Of a DNA stretch of 40,174 bases, positions 24,225 through 32,483 are shown piece by piece. Every line of letters starts with the position of its first letter. Position 1 is the stretch's first letter. Below the pieces are notes generated by a model. The model was not told the DNA's origin, ran no database searches, and was given only the letters and a program-made list of their open reading frames with translations. Source of the stretch: a virus (Duplodnaviria; Caudoviricetes); IMG/VR virus record IMGVR_UViG_3300033067_000852, positions 1 through 40,174 of that record, one strand, 5' to 3'. A program made the translations under genes and the position numbers.

Positions 24225-25598
24225 GTGCGGCTACTCAAACGAGGCCGGAAACTTCTCCGCGTGCGTGGCTCGCGTGCGCTCGCTACGTCCGGCTGCGCCG
24301 ACAAGTGCTGCGACGGCGGCTGCGCGAACTACGTCCTCGTGCGGTGGTGCTGCGATCCCGAGCGGACCGCGTGGGCGTTTATGAACCGGCGCGATTGCCC
24401 CGATTGGCGGGATTGGATGCCTTCGCTGTCGCCCACCGAACCGCAAACCTTCAAGGTGACGGCGGACCCAGCGTCTGCCTGTTGGACCACGGACCCCGTG
24501 CCCGAGGGCAACGTGCGGCGGTATGCGGACATTCCAGCGAACGCCGTGTTCATTCCATTCGGGCCGGACTCGGTGATTGTGGACGGATGCGACGTGCCCG
24601 AGTGCCTGAACTGCCCCGAGTGCTGCGGGTCCAAAGAACTGCCGCTGCCATGCGGCGACTACGGCCCGACGACGTGTTGTGAGTGCGGCGACAACTACAC
24701 GCTGACGATCACGGAAACGGCGCGCACGACCGTACAAGGAACCGACTACGAATACCCCTGCACCGTTGGCCTATCGACGGGACACAGTCAGCCAGCCGCC
24801 GAACAGGTGTTCACCCGCACTGCATCATTCACGTTCACATGCGATCCGGACACGGGCCAGCGGATCGTAACTGGAACCTCCAGCGTCAACGGGCGGCTTG
24901 ATATGCACTACGCGAATATTCGCGTGCGTGACGACAACGCCTGCGAACTGGTTTCCATCGCACGCGGGCGCACGCAAACAACGCTCACCGACTACGAACA
25001 GCAATGGACCGACCTTCATTCGGGGCAGGAAGGGTGCGGCCTGACCCGAAGTGAGGCAGGCATCCTGCTACCGACCGCGATCATCCTTGGGATGCCCTTT
25101 GACCTGACGGCCTACGGCGTGTTCCGATACGACGTGCAAGGCGATTGCTCCGGCCAGTTCGAGCGGAGCATCGAGGCGTGTTCCACCGAGGGCGGCGGAC
25201 CCAATGGGCGGGCGTGCCAGTTTGGGATCGGCACGATCCGATCATCGGTCGCGTGGTCTGGCTCGCAAGCGTGCGACGGTGGATCGTTTGAGGAAAGCGG
25301 TACGTTTGTTGGGCTGGCTTCTCTGCCGGTTGCCCTGACCAATCAAGCCGGAACGTTTGAGGGGCTATGGAACGGCACGCAGGCTGGTTCGTGGTTCTAT
25401 TCGTGCCGGTGGAACGTAACGGGCGGCGATCCATGCAGGCAAGACCCCTGCGCCAATCAGAACCCCGTTGGCTTCGCCAAGTCCACAAGCAACCGCGTAG
25501 ACACGCTGCCGATCAAGCCTGGCGCGTCTATCGCCGACATGCGAGATACGATCCTCCAGAAACGCCTAGGCAAGAGGTGCAACTGTGGAAAGAAGTAG
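24225..25598 (+). CDS. Cys-rich protein (30 Cys by my count), putative tail tip/receptor-binding protein
   Basis: CADKCCDGGC, CLNCPECC, CCEC and terminal CNCG clusters. Confidence 0.7.
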   Translation: MRLLKRGRKLLRVRGSRALATSGCADKCCDGGCANYVLVRWCCDPERTAWAFMNRRDCPDWRDWMPSLSPTEPQTFKVTADPASACWTTDPVPEGNVRRYADIPANAVFIPFGPDSVIVDGCDVPECLNCPECCGSKELPLPCGDYGPTTCCECGDNYTLTITETARTTVQGTDYEYPCTVGLSTGHSQPAAEQVFTRTASFTFTCDPDTGQRIVTGTSSVNGRLDMHYANIRVRDDNACELVSIARGRTQTTLTDYEQQWTDLHSGQEGCGLTRSEAGILLPTAIILGMPFDLTAYGVFRYDVQGDCSGQFERSIEACSTEGGGPNGRACQFGIGTIRSSVAWSGSQACDGGSFEESGTFVGLASLPVALTNQAGTFEGLWNGTQAGSWFYSCRWNVTGGDPCRQDPCANQNPVGFAKSTSNRVDTLPIKPGASIADMRDTILQKRLGKRCNCGKK

Positions 25599-25929
25599 CC
25601 TCGCGATCCCGCTTGACCAGTTGCAAGACCTTCGCGCGATCGTCTGCGCCGAATGCCGCCACCGCGACGGAGAGTGGTGCAAGCGTTCCGGCCTTCCGGT
25701 GGCGGTGCATATCGGCGGGCGGGCGTGCCCCAAGCGCAAGCACCCTGACGCGAACGGGTTTATCCGCTGGGCGTTTGTGAAGTGGATCGGCGTACCTTGG
25801 CCCGTGCGGGCGTGGCTGTCATTGAAGTGGTGGGACCGGCTGTATATGGACACGCCCGGATGTGGGTGCGTGGTGTGGTTGAAGCGGGCTTGGATCAGGC
25901 TCCGCCCTTCTTCTCAATCGAATCCTTGA
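25585..25929 (+). CDS. Small Cys-rich protein (CxxC...C...CP...GCGC)
   Basis: Overlaps the upstream gene; last gene of the + arm. Confidence 0.65.
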   Translation: MERSSLAIPLDQLQDLRAIVCAECRHRDGEWCKRSGLPVAVHIGGRACPKRKHPDANGFIRWAFVKWIGVPWPVRAWLSLKWWDRLYMDTPGCGCVVWLKRAWIRLRPSSQSNP

Positions 25930-26083
25930 ACGTCGGCTTCTGGCTCGTCAGGTGGAACGCGCCGCACGCATGGCACTGGTAGACGCGGAGGTACGGAACG
26001 CCCGCTTCCTTGCGGCCACGCGCGGCGTTCGCGGCTTGCGTCGCGGTCTTGTACGCTTGCTTGCTGTCACACGGCAGGGCCAT
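25895..26083 (-). CDS. Small zinc-binding protein (YQCHACGAFHLTS)
   Basis: C..K..Y...A...RVYxCxxCxxxHLTS motif common in phages. Confidence 0.75.
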   Translation of the reverse strand: MALPCDSKQAYKTATQAANAARGRKEAGVPYLRVYQCHACGAFHLTSQKPTFKDSIEKKGGA

Positions 26084-26372
26084 CGTTCCCCCTTGGCTGG
26101 TTCCGGTGTTCGATCGCGTCCTCTGGCACGCGCCCGCCTTCGACGTAGGTAGGGCGGAACTCGGTCAACTTGCCGACCATCTCGGCTTTGGCTGCGGCGT
26201 AGCCAGCCTGATATAGGTCATCGCCTTTGACCTGTCCAAACCTGAATCGCGCCTCTTGCGCTATGGATTCGATCGTGTGGGCCATTTGATTCGAGCCTGT
26301 TGCCCGTAGGAACAGAGCCAACTCTAACGCCTGCACGATACACGGATTCTCTCCCGGCACTTCATCACCCAT
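26067..26372 (-). CDS. Hypothetical phage protein (MGDEVPGE...)
   Basis: GAGGTG upstream; coupled operon. Confidence 0.6.
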   Translation of the reverse strand: MGDEVPGENPCIVQALELALFLRATGSNQMAHTIESIAQEARFRFGQVKGDDLYQAGYAAAKAEMVGKLTEFRPTYVEGGRVPEDAIEHRNQPRGNDGPAV

Positions 26373-26598
26373 TCGACACCTCGCTTTCCTTGTTCCCTGA
26401 CTTCGCATCCCGAATCTTCGCCTCACGCTCCGCAACGTCGATCGCGTTGAGTGCCCGCATGATCGCGGCACCGCGTCCGCCCGCGCCTGCTGAGTTGAAC
26501 GGTACGGCCATTCCCTCGCGTGCTTCCTTGCGTTTGACGGCTTCGGCGAGGACTGCGAGGTCGCCGCGCCGCATGGTGATTGTTACGGGGTTCTTCAT
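26365..26598 (-). CDS. Hypothetical phage protein
   Basis: AAGGAGG Shine-Dalgarno. Confidence 0.65.
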   Translation of the reverse strand: MKNPVTITMRRGDLAVLAEAVKRKEAREGMAVPFNSAGAGGRGAAIMRALNAIDVAEREAKIRDAKSGNKESEVSNG

Positions 26599-26619
26599 TG
26601 GGGTGCCTCCTTTGGTTTA

Positions 26620-27156
26620 TCAAACGACATGCTTCCACGCCATTCTTGCAACGATTCTTTTTACGGTGTTGAATGTAACCGAGAAGTCCCTGCAAATCTG
26701 ATTGATGGGCTTTCCGCTTTCTCGTTCTACGCGAATGCGTCGGACATCACTCTCGGAAAGTTTGGACGAATGATTATTTTCTCCTACCATGTAAACACCA
26801 AGAACATTTAGGGCGTGCTGCATGTTTTCCGACCTAGTACACCACTCCAGATTGTCAAGACGGTTGTCTGTCTTGACGCCATTCTTGTGGTTGCACTGGT
26901 GGTCTTTGGTTGGACGCGGACCAATGAAAGCCTCAAGAACCAAGGAGTGTCTTGTGTGCTTTTTATTCTTTCGTTCTTTGGTCCACAGGTTGTTGCTTGT
27001 GTACCCTCGTTTGTTCTGGGAGTCCACAAGCAGCACTATTTTTGTGCGCCGTCGATTCAACTTGCCGACCCGAAGCCTTCCAAGATTGGAAACTTCGTAC
27101 CTGCCCTCATATCCGATGACAGGCTTCCAAACTTCGGCTATTGTGGTGGTATCCAT
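26620..27156 (-). CDS. NUMOD4-HNH homing endonuclease with a C-terminal HTH
   Basis: [20 protein letters not shown] (NUMOD4), [32 protein letters not shown] (HNH), SKLSESDV; AT-richer than its flanks. Confidence 0.93.
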   Translation of the reverse strand: MDTTTIAEVWKPVIGYEGRYEVSNLGRLRVGKLNRRRTKIVLLVDSQNKRGYTSNNLWTKERKNKKHTRHSLVLEAFIGPRPTKDHQCNHKNGVKTDNRLDNLEWCTRSENMQHALNVLGVYMVGENNHSSKLSESDVRRIRVERESGKPINQICRDFSVTFNTVKRIVARMAWKHVV

Positions 27157-27221
27157 GAGCGGCCCTTTCACGGCTGCGAGTGGCTAGACGCCGGTGTCCT
27201 GCTTCAACAGGCCCGGCGTTG

Positions 27222-27533
27222 TCATTGTAGGCCAAGTCTCGCCCTCAGCCCCGCCACCTCCGCTTCGAGCCGGGCGATGGTGGAGCGAAGGTCGTCGATG
27301 CTCTTGGCCCGATCACCGAGGTCGGGTCGGTCCCGCAACTCGCGGTTGCGACGCGCCATTTCGTCGTGTGCCGCCTTCCACTTCTTCGCCTCCGCTTCGA
27401 GGCGGGCGATGGTGGCGTCCTTGGCGTCGATCTTGGCCGCAACAAACTTCACGGAGTCCTCTGCCATGAAGTCGCACCCGGCATCGAGCAGCACGGTTCT
27501 CACGATTTCTTCGGCCTGTTGTCTACTTTCCAT
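27222..27533 (-). CDS. Coiled-coil hypothetical protein with a duplicated TIARLEAE
   Basis: Translation; coupled operon. Confidence 0.65.
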   Translation of the reverse strand: MESRQQAEEIVRTVLLDAGCDFMAEDSVKFVAAKIDAKDATIARLEAEAKKWKAAHDEMARRNRELRDRPDLGDRAKSIDDLRSTIARLEAEVAGLRARLGLQ

Positions 27534-27741
27534 TGATCCACCCCCACACAGGAACGAAAGCGAGGTACAAAACAAACGCGACGCACGACCCGATTGGCAT
27601 AAGCACGCCGAGCATGATGAACCTGTGCGACTTTGATTCTGGTGATGCGTATGGATCGGCCATCAAGCAGACGACACACGCCAGCACAAACCACACAGCC
27701 ATGAGAACGAAATAGCCACGGACAAATGCAAGCCAGTTCAT
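27523..27741 (-). CDS. Small two-TM membrane protein
   Basis: Hydrophobic 72-aa ORF; ATGA overlap. Confidence 0.65.
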   Translation of the reverse strand: MNWLAFVRGYFVLMAVWFVLACVVCLMADPYASPESKSHRFIMLGVLMPIGSCVAFVLYLAFVPVWGWINGK

Positions 27742-28031
27742 GCCTTCTGCTCCTTCCCGCCGATGGGGCGGATCACGAGTTCTTCGCCGGGTTGCAATGT
27801 CTCATCTTCGTGCATCAACACGCGGGCGTACTCCTCCTCGCCGGTTCCGTTGTACGCGATACGCCTCTCCCGCCCTTCCTTGACCTTCGCGGCGGCTTCG
27901 ATGGCGGTCTTGGCACGATAGAGCCAAGGTTCACGCCTTACTGGTCCCATCAGAACCCAAGAGCCGCGAACGTCTACTTCACACAACGCCTTCGCCGCCG
28001 CCTCCACTTCATCCCTGCTAGGCTCACTCAT
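27738..28031 (-). CDS. Hypothetical phage protein (MSEPSRDEVEAAAKALC...)
   Basis: VEAAAKAL...W...AKTAIEAA pattern of small phage proteins. Confidence 0.7.
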   Translation of the reverse strand: MSEPSRDEVEAAAKALCEVDVRGSWVLMGPVRREPWLYRAKTAIEAAAKVKEGRERRIAYNGTGEEEYARVLMHEDETLQPGEELVIRPIGGKEQKA

Positions 28032-28281
28032 CGCGAGGCTCCTTTCTCTCGATGTGTTCCAACAACTCACCACGCATGAACCCGTCGTCAACAACGTGCG
28101 GATCATCCTTCGCCATTTGGTTGACAATCTCTTGACACTCTTTGCACCAGTACGTTGTGACAAGCCCGCCATCCTTGTTCACCACGCGGTGCATGTCGGA
28201 GCCCTTGGGAAACTCGCGCGTGCAGCCCCAGCACTTGCGAGCCTTGCGGATCTTCACTTCGTTGTGGCTAAGCACGCTCAT
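28024..28281 (-). CDS. Zinc-finger hypothetical protein (RKARKCWGC...YWCKEC)
   Basis: Two CxxC pairs; ATGA overlap. Confidence 0.7.
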   Translation of the reverse strand: MSVLSHNEVKIRKARKCWGCTREFPKGSDMHRVVNKDGGLVTTYWCKECQEIVNQMAKDDPHVVDDGFMRGELLEHIERKEPRDE

Positions 28282-28430
28282 GGCTTCTCCAACTCCTTGC
28301 TGGTCACTTCGACGGTCGCGACGGGATGCACAGCCTTTCGCAGTTGCAGCAGCAACCACGTTCCGACCACGATGATGAGAACCGGCACCGCAACTAGATC
28401 GATGATGCCGGACGTTCGCTGCTTGCTCAT
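28278..28430 (-). CDS. Small single-TM protein, 50 aa (MSKQRTSGIIDLVAVPVLIIVVG...)
   Basis: Manual translation; ATGA overlaps at both ends. Confidence 0.65.
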   Translation of the reverse strand: MSKQRTSGIIDLVAVPVLIIVVGTWLLLQLRKAVHPVATVEVTSKELEKP

Positions 28431-29053
28431 ACCTTCCCCTCCAACTCCGCGAGTTGGGCGCGGCGGGAGGCTTGCAGGGCGTCAACCATTCGACCGAGGT
28501 TCACGCGAACTCCATCACCTTGGCCCTTCACCAGCAAGTATGCATCGCACGCTTTGTCTATTTCCTCTGGCGTCGGCCCCTTCTCCAACAGCCGCCGCGC
28601 GACGGAGAGGGCTGCCCTGCGATAGAAGTCCTTTGAGCCGACACCCTCGTTATCCCACTTGTGGGCGTCTTCCTTGAGGCCGGTGCCACCACGCCAAGCC
28701 ACCTCAGCCAACTCGTCGAGGAGTGCAGGCTTCGCCGCGACGTAGCCGGGGGGTGGGCAAGTCGGTGGGTTGGCGAGGGCCTTTGCCCTGTCAGACCACA
28801 CGACCATGTGCCCAACCCATCCCTTGGTTGCGGACCACCACGTTCTCTCGTTCTCGGCACACCATCCAAACTCGCGGAAGTGCTGGTACAGCACCACCCC
28901 CCACTCCCGCGCCATGGGACACGCCGCGAGAACGTCGGGCGGGTAGGGGTCGGCCTTCGGTTCTTCGGTGCCCGTGATTGGGTGGACAAGCATCCACCTC
29001 GCCAATGGCATCCGGTGATACGGCCCCGCCCACGATTGGTTTAGTTCGATCAC
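28427..29053 (-). CDS. Hypothetical phage protein
   Basis: GTGA overlap at the start; Trp-rich. Confidence 0.6.
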   Translation of the reverse strand: MIELNQSWAGPYHRMPLARWMLVHPITGTEEPKADPYPPDVLAACPMAREWGVVLYQHFREFGWCAENERTWWSATKGWVGHMVVWSDRAKALANPPTCPPPGYVAAKPALLDELAEVAWRGGTGLKEDAHKWDNEGVGSKDFYRRAALSVARRLLEKGPTPEEIDKACDAYLLVKGQGDGVRVNLGRMVDALQASRRAQLAELEGKV

Positions 29054-29253
29054 TTCGCCCTCCTTTTCGCCGCCTTCTTCGACTTCGGGATGATTTCGGT
29101 GATGCGGATATTGGTGTAGCCAACCTTGTCCGTGCCATTGATCCACGCGGGGAACGGTTCTCTGTCTGGCGAACCAAGATAGTTTGCCGACGAGGCAGTG
29201 CGCCACACTCGCCCCTCCCACGTCCTCCCCTTCCTCCGCTCACGCTTCGCCAT
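29050..29253 (-). CDS. Small basic hypothetical protein
   Basis: GGAG upstream; coupled operon. Confidence 0.6.
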   Translation of the reverse strand: MAKRERRKGRTWEGRVWRTASSANYLGSPDREPFPAWINGTDKVGYTNIRITEIIPKSKKAAKRRAK

Positions 29254-29638
29254 GCTGTTCTCCCTTCAGTACCCGCTCCATGCCAGCGGGCCGCGTCACT
29301 GTGAGGCGGTCGCCACTGGCCATGTCGTTCCACGTCATCGCCCACATTCCACGCCCGCACTTCCAGAACAGGCACCACTTGGTTGCCCGCCCTGCCGCGT
29401 CGTCGATCGCCTGTTGGCAGGCGCGGTCCCATTCCTTGCCGCCAAGTTTCATCGTGCCCGTGTTCTTCACTTCGACGGACCATCCGAGCGCGTGGAGGCT
29501 TGGGCAGTGGATGTCCTCGCCAGCCTTGACGCCGTTGCGTGCCGACCGTTCCGCATCTGGAAACCCCAGCGAACGCAGCAGGTTCCGCACTTCGATTTCT
29601 CCCCGCTTCCCCTTCGCACGGCTGTTGACCTTGGCCAT
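29240..29638 (-). CDS. Holliday junction resolvase-like PD-(D/E)xK nuclease
   Basis: NSRAKGKRGE...GEDI...VEVKN motif. Confidence 0.85.
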   Translation of the reverse strand: MAKVNSRAKGKRGEIEVRNLLRSLGFPDAERSARNGVKAGEDIHCPSLHALGWSVEVKNTGTMKLGGKEWDRACQQAIDDAAGRATKWCLFWKCGRGMWAMTWNDMASGDRLTVTRPAGMERVLKGEQHGEA

Positions 29639-30234
29639 TAGGTGCCTCCCATTTTCTTGAACTCGACCACCCAGACCCACGGATTGGCGTCGGGCTCTGC
29701 CCGTTTGTTGATGTTGAAGAACGTGTCGAGGAACGAATCTCGCGGGGAGTACAGGCGGCCCTCGCCGCCACCTTTGAAAGTCTCGCCGCCCTCAAAACCC
29801 TCCGCGATCGCGTCCACCTCGCTGATGTCCCGCACACGCTCCACCCGCACGCCCACAACCTCAAGGACGATCCGGCACGCTGCGCGGGGCATGTGAATCG
29901 ACGGTCGCCACGTCGGCGGGTGGTACCCATCTTCGACCGACGCGAGATAGATGTACTCGGTTCGATCTTCGCATCCGATGTCCTGCCACGTCTCCCGCAC
30001 CCACAGCCGATCGCCGGGCACTCCGTATGGACAAACCAGAGCGCGACCGCCACAGGCGTAGTCGCAGAAACTCGGGCACGTTTCGCTGTGAAGCCAGATC
30101 GGCGTGCCATCATCGCCGACCTCCAACAGATCGGGGTCGGTGATGCCCTTCACCACCCGCCGCGTCAGCGTCTTGCGTCCCTCAAGGATCGCGCGCACCA
30201 TCGGGGCACTGAACAAGATCGGTCGCTCTTTCAT
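29638..30234 (-). CDS. ASCH/PUA-like phage protein
   Basis: MKERPILFSAPMVRAILEGRKT.TRR, CPYG.PGDRLWVRET, WRPSIHMPR, NPWVWVVEF. Confidence 0.85.
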   Translation of the reverse strand: MKERPILFSAPMVRAILEGRKTLTRRVVKGITDPDLLEVGDDGTPIWLHSETCPSFCDYACGGRALVCPYGVPGDRLWVRETWQDIGCEDRTEYIYLASVEDGYHPPTWRPSIHMPRAACRIVLEVVGVRVERVRDISEVDAIAEGFEGGETFKGGGEGRLYSPRDSFLDTFFNINKRAEPDANPWVWVVEFKKMGGT

Positions 30235-30510
30235 CTACCACCCCCTCACGATCACGAGCGTGTCGCCGGGCTTGACTTCCGCGAGCGGATCACTGCTTAG
30301 TCCGTGGCTGTATGCGAAACGGCTTTCTCCAGACTCGTTCTTCCACACCACCTCCGCCTTCCCGAAAACCGCCGAGAGGCAGGCGGTGGCTTCGGCGCGG
30401 TACACGTCTCTCATCGACTCACTCTCAAAGTCCCACGAGTTCCTTGCTTTGTTCTGTACGTCGCACATGCCCCTCGCCCCCGCTTCGACCCATTCCTTTG
30501 GGATGTTCAT
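30235..30510 (-). CDS. Hypothetical phage protein (MNIPKEWVEAGAR...)
   Basis: Coupled operon; VEAGAR motif. Confidence 0.65.
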   Translation of the reverse strand: MNIPKEWVEAGARGMCDVQNKARNSWDFESESMRDVYRAEATACLSAVFGKAEVVWKNESGESRFAYSHGLSSDPLAEVKPGDTLVIVRGW

Positions 30511-30764
30511 CACTTTCCCCCTTCCAAACTCGGCAGCCACACCTTATAGTGCCACGCGAACAGGTTCCGCTCTGGCATGTCCATGAGGTAGCACACCTTC
30601 CACCGCCGCTGGACGACCGCACGCTCGGTTAGCCCCAGCCGCTTCGCAATCTCCCAGTTCTCTAGCCCGTCCATCATCATCATGTACGTCCGCCCGTAGG
30701 TTTCATTCAACTGCGGCGGGTACTTGTGGCCCGCCTGTTGCTTGATTGATGCTGTTTCCATCAC
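30510..30764 (-). CDS. LuxR/sigma region-4-like HTH protein; candidate transcription regulator
   Basis: GLENWEIAKRLGLTERAV. Confidence 0.75.
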   Translation of the reverse strand: MMETASIKQQAGHKYPPQLNETYGRTYMMMMDGLENWEIAKRLGLTERAVVQRRWKVCYLMDMPERNLFAWHYKVWLPSLEGGK

Positions 30765-31027
30765 TTCGCTCCCGGTATTTCTCGATCGCCACGCATCATC
30801 TGGGCTTCTTTGTCCGTTCCCGCGTGTGGTGGCGACTTCTCCTTGATAGCCCGAGCGGTTCCTGCCTCGGTGAACTGCTCATCAGCGCCGTCGCTGTCTG
30901 GGTTGAGGAACGTTCCTCCGCACTTTGTGCATCGGGGCTTGCACCGACGCGACATTGATACCCAGTGCTCAAACTGCTTATTCCCACAGTCCATACAGAC
31001 GTATCGCACTTGTCCCTTCTTTGGCAT
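30761..31027 (-). CDS. Zinc-ribbon hypothetical protein
   Basis: CMDCG...CTKCGG. Confidence 0.65.
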   Translation of the reverse strand: MPKKGQVRYVCMDCGNKQFEHWVSMSRRCKPRCTKCGGTFLNPDSDGADEQFTEAGTARAIKEKSPPHAGTDKEAQMMRGDREIPGAK

Positions 31028-31075
31028 CACTTCCCCTTTCATGTTCCGCTGCTCAAACTCAAACCGGGTGGGTGG

Positions 31076-31981
31076 TTATGCGACGCTAAACAGGTCCGCT
31101 TGTGTTTGCTTCCTCGATTCGATCGCTCGGTCCAAGTTGCGCAACGCCGTTGCGTGGTACTCGGGCTTCAACTCGCACCCATAGAACCGACGACCATTGA
31201 GCAAGGACATATACCCCTCGCTCCCGATCCCGGTGAACGGCGAGAACACCACTTCGCCCGGCATGGAATACAACCGTACCAGCCGGTCGATAACTTCCAA
31301 CTGCAACGGGCAGATGTGTTTGGTGTCATCCTCGCCACGCCCCTCCCGGACGTTGAGCGTTTCCGTTTCCTTGATCCCGAACCATGCGGCCTCGGCCCAT
31401 GCAATCCATTCGTTGCGGCTGACTTGCTCGGGAGCGTCGATCGGTACCGCGTTCTCGCCCGGTGCCCGGAACTTGATGAGATAGTCGCCCAGTGCCCCCC
31501 GTTGCTTGGCCCGATCCGATTCCAGCCCCGCGAACTGCAACTCGCGGGATTTCGTGCGGATCGCCTGCGCCTGCGGGTTCTTCGCTACCAGCCAGTCGTA
31601 TTCGTACACCAGCCCGGCACGCTCGCCGACGCGAATGTTGAGGCCCCGGAAGTCGTGTAGGCCAACCTCGCCCGATCGCTTCATGCGGGGAATCTGCATG
31701 ACGTGGACGAAAACCACGCGCCCCGGCTTCACGATGCGGGCCAACTGCCGATAGAAGAATGACAGATGCAACTTCGCGTCGGTGCGTATGTTCTCGCTAT
31801 TGCCAATGTCCGCGTGAGAGGATGTATACGCGTAGAGGGCTGGGAACGGCGGGGAGAAAACCGAGAAGTCTACTGAGTGTTCCGGCATCTCTGCCATATG
31901 CGGGATGCAATCTCCCAAATGCACATGATGCGTCCTATCCGATCGGAAGAAGTCTGCCGCGTCCGTCCCTCGCTCGTTCAT
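31076..31981 (-). CDS. DNA amino-methyltransferase (N4-C/N6-A, beta class)
   Basis: GDC, FSPPF (motif IV), HICPLQ, VFSPFTGIGSEG (motif I), GCELK. Confidence 0.92.
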   Translation of the reverse strand: MNERGTDAADFFRSDRTHHVHLGDCIPHMAEMPEHSVDFSVFSPPFPALYAYTSSHADIGNSENIRTDAKLHLSFFYRQLARIVKPGRVVFVHVMQIPRMKRSGEVGLHDFRGLNIRVGERAGLVYEYDWLVAKNPQAQAIRTKSRELQFAGLESDRAKQRGALGDYLIKFRAPGENAVPIDAPEQVSRNEWIAWAEAAWFGIKETETLNVREGRGEDDTKHICPLQLEVIDRLVRLYSMPGEVVFSPFTGIGSEGYMSLLNGRRFYGCELKPEYHATALRNLDRAIESRKQTQADLFSVA

Positions 31982-32462
31982 TGATGTCCTCTTTCTTGTG
32001 TTCGGAGTTGCTTGCGTAAAGCACCAAGTTCCTAAGTCGGTTGTCTGACCTGTTTCCGTTCTTGTGGTGGACCACTTCCGAACGAGACAGAATCCTCCCG
32101 ATCTTCTTTTCCATCTTCAAGCGGTGTTCACGAACGTAACCGCGAACGGCGTGCGGGTGACTTGGACCGACCCACACCAGAACATACCCGTCCTTGTCGA
32201 TCTTCCTTCCGCCAGACCAGTTCGGGTGATTGGAAGCAGATCGCCATTTCCCCGCGCACGTTCTTCCACAAAACCCGCCGTCTGTTCGTTCTGATCTTCC
32301 GGGTGGTTCATATCGAGAGAACGCCTCGCCACACCATCGGCACTTTCCTTGGACGTTGTGCGGTAGAGTCCGATTGTGGTTGTGCCATGTCCACTTGCAC
32401 CTGTCCCGGCAGAACTTCCGCCCGCCAGAATCCTTGCCGCACTGTTTACAACGTGTAGTCAT
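31935..32462 (-). CDS. HNH endonuclease with N-terminal zinc-binding repeats
   Basis: HPNWSGG, GYVREHRL.ME..IGR.L...EVVHHKNGNRSDNRLRNL. Confidence 0.9.
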   Translation of the reverse strand: MTTRCKQCGKDSGGRKFCRDRCKWTWHNHNRTLPHNVQGKCRWCGEAFSRYEPPGRSERTDGGFCGRTCAGKWRSASNHPNWSGGRKIDKDGYVLVWVGPSHPHAVRGYVREHRLKMEKKIGRILSRSEVVHHKNGNRSDNRLRNLVLYASNSEHKKEDINERARDGRGRLLPIG

Positions 32463-32483
32463 ACAGTGTAAGCATATACACCA

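Noticed and set aside
25895-25929. Convergent 35-bp overlap of the two arms as a regulatory device
   Set aside because: Short 3' overlaps are common in compact phage genomes and nothing further supports a function.
28791-30113. Long alternative-frame ORFs (also the upstream parts of 35465-36793 and 9247-10398, and many antisense ORFs)
   Set aside because: Arg/Pro-rich shadow frames typical of high-GC DNA that overlap well-supported genes.
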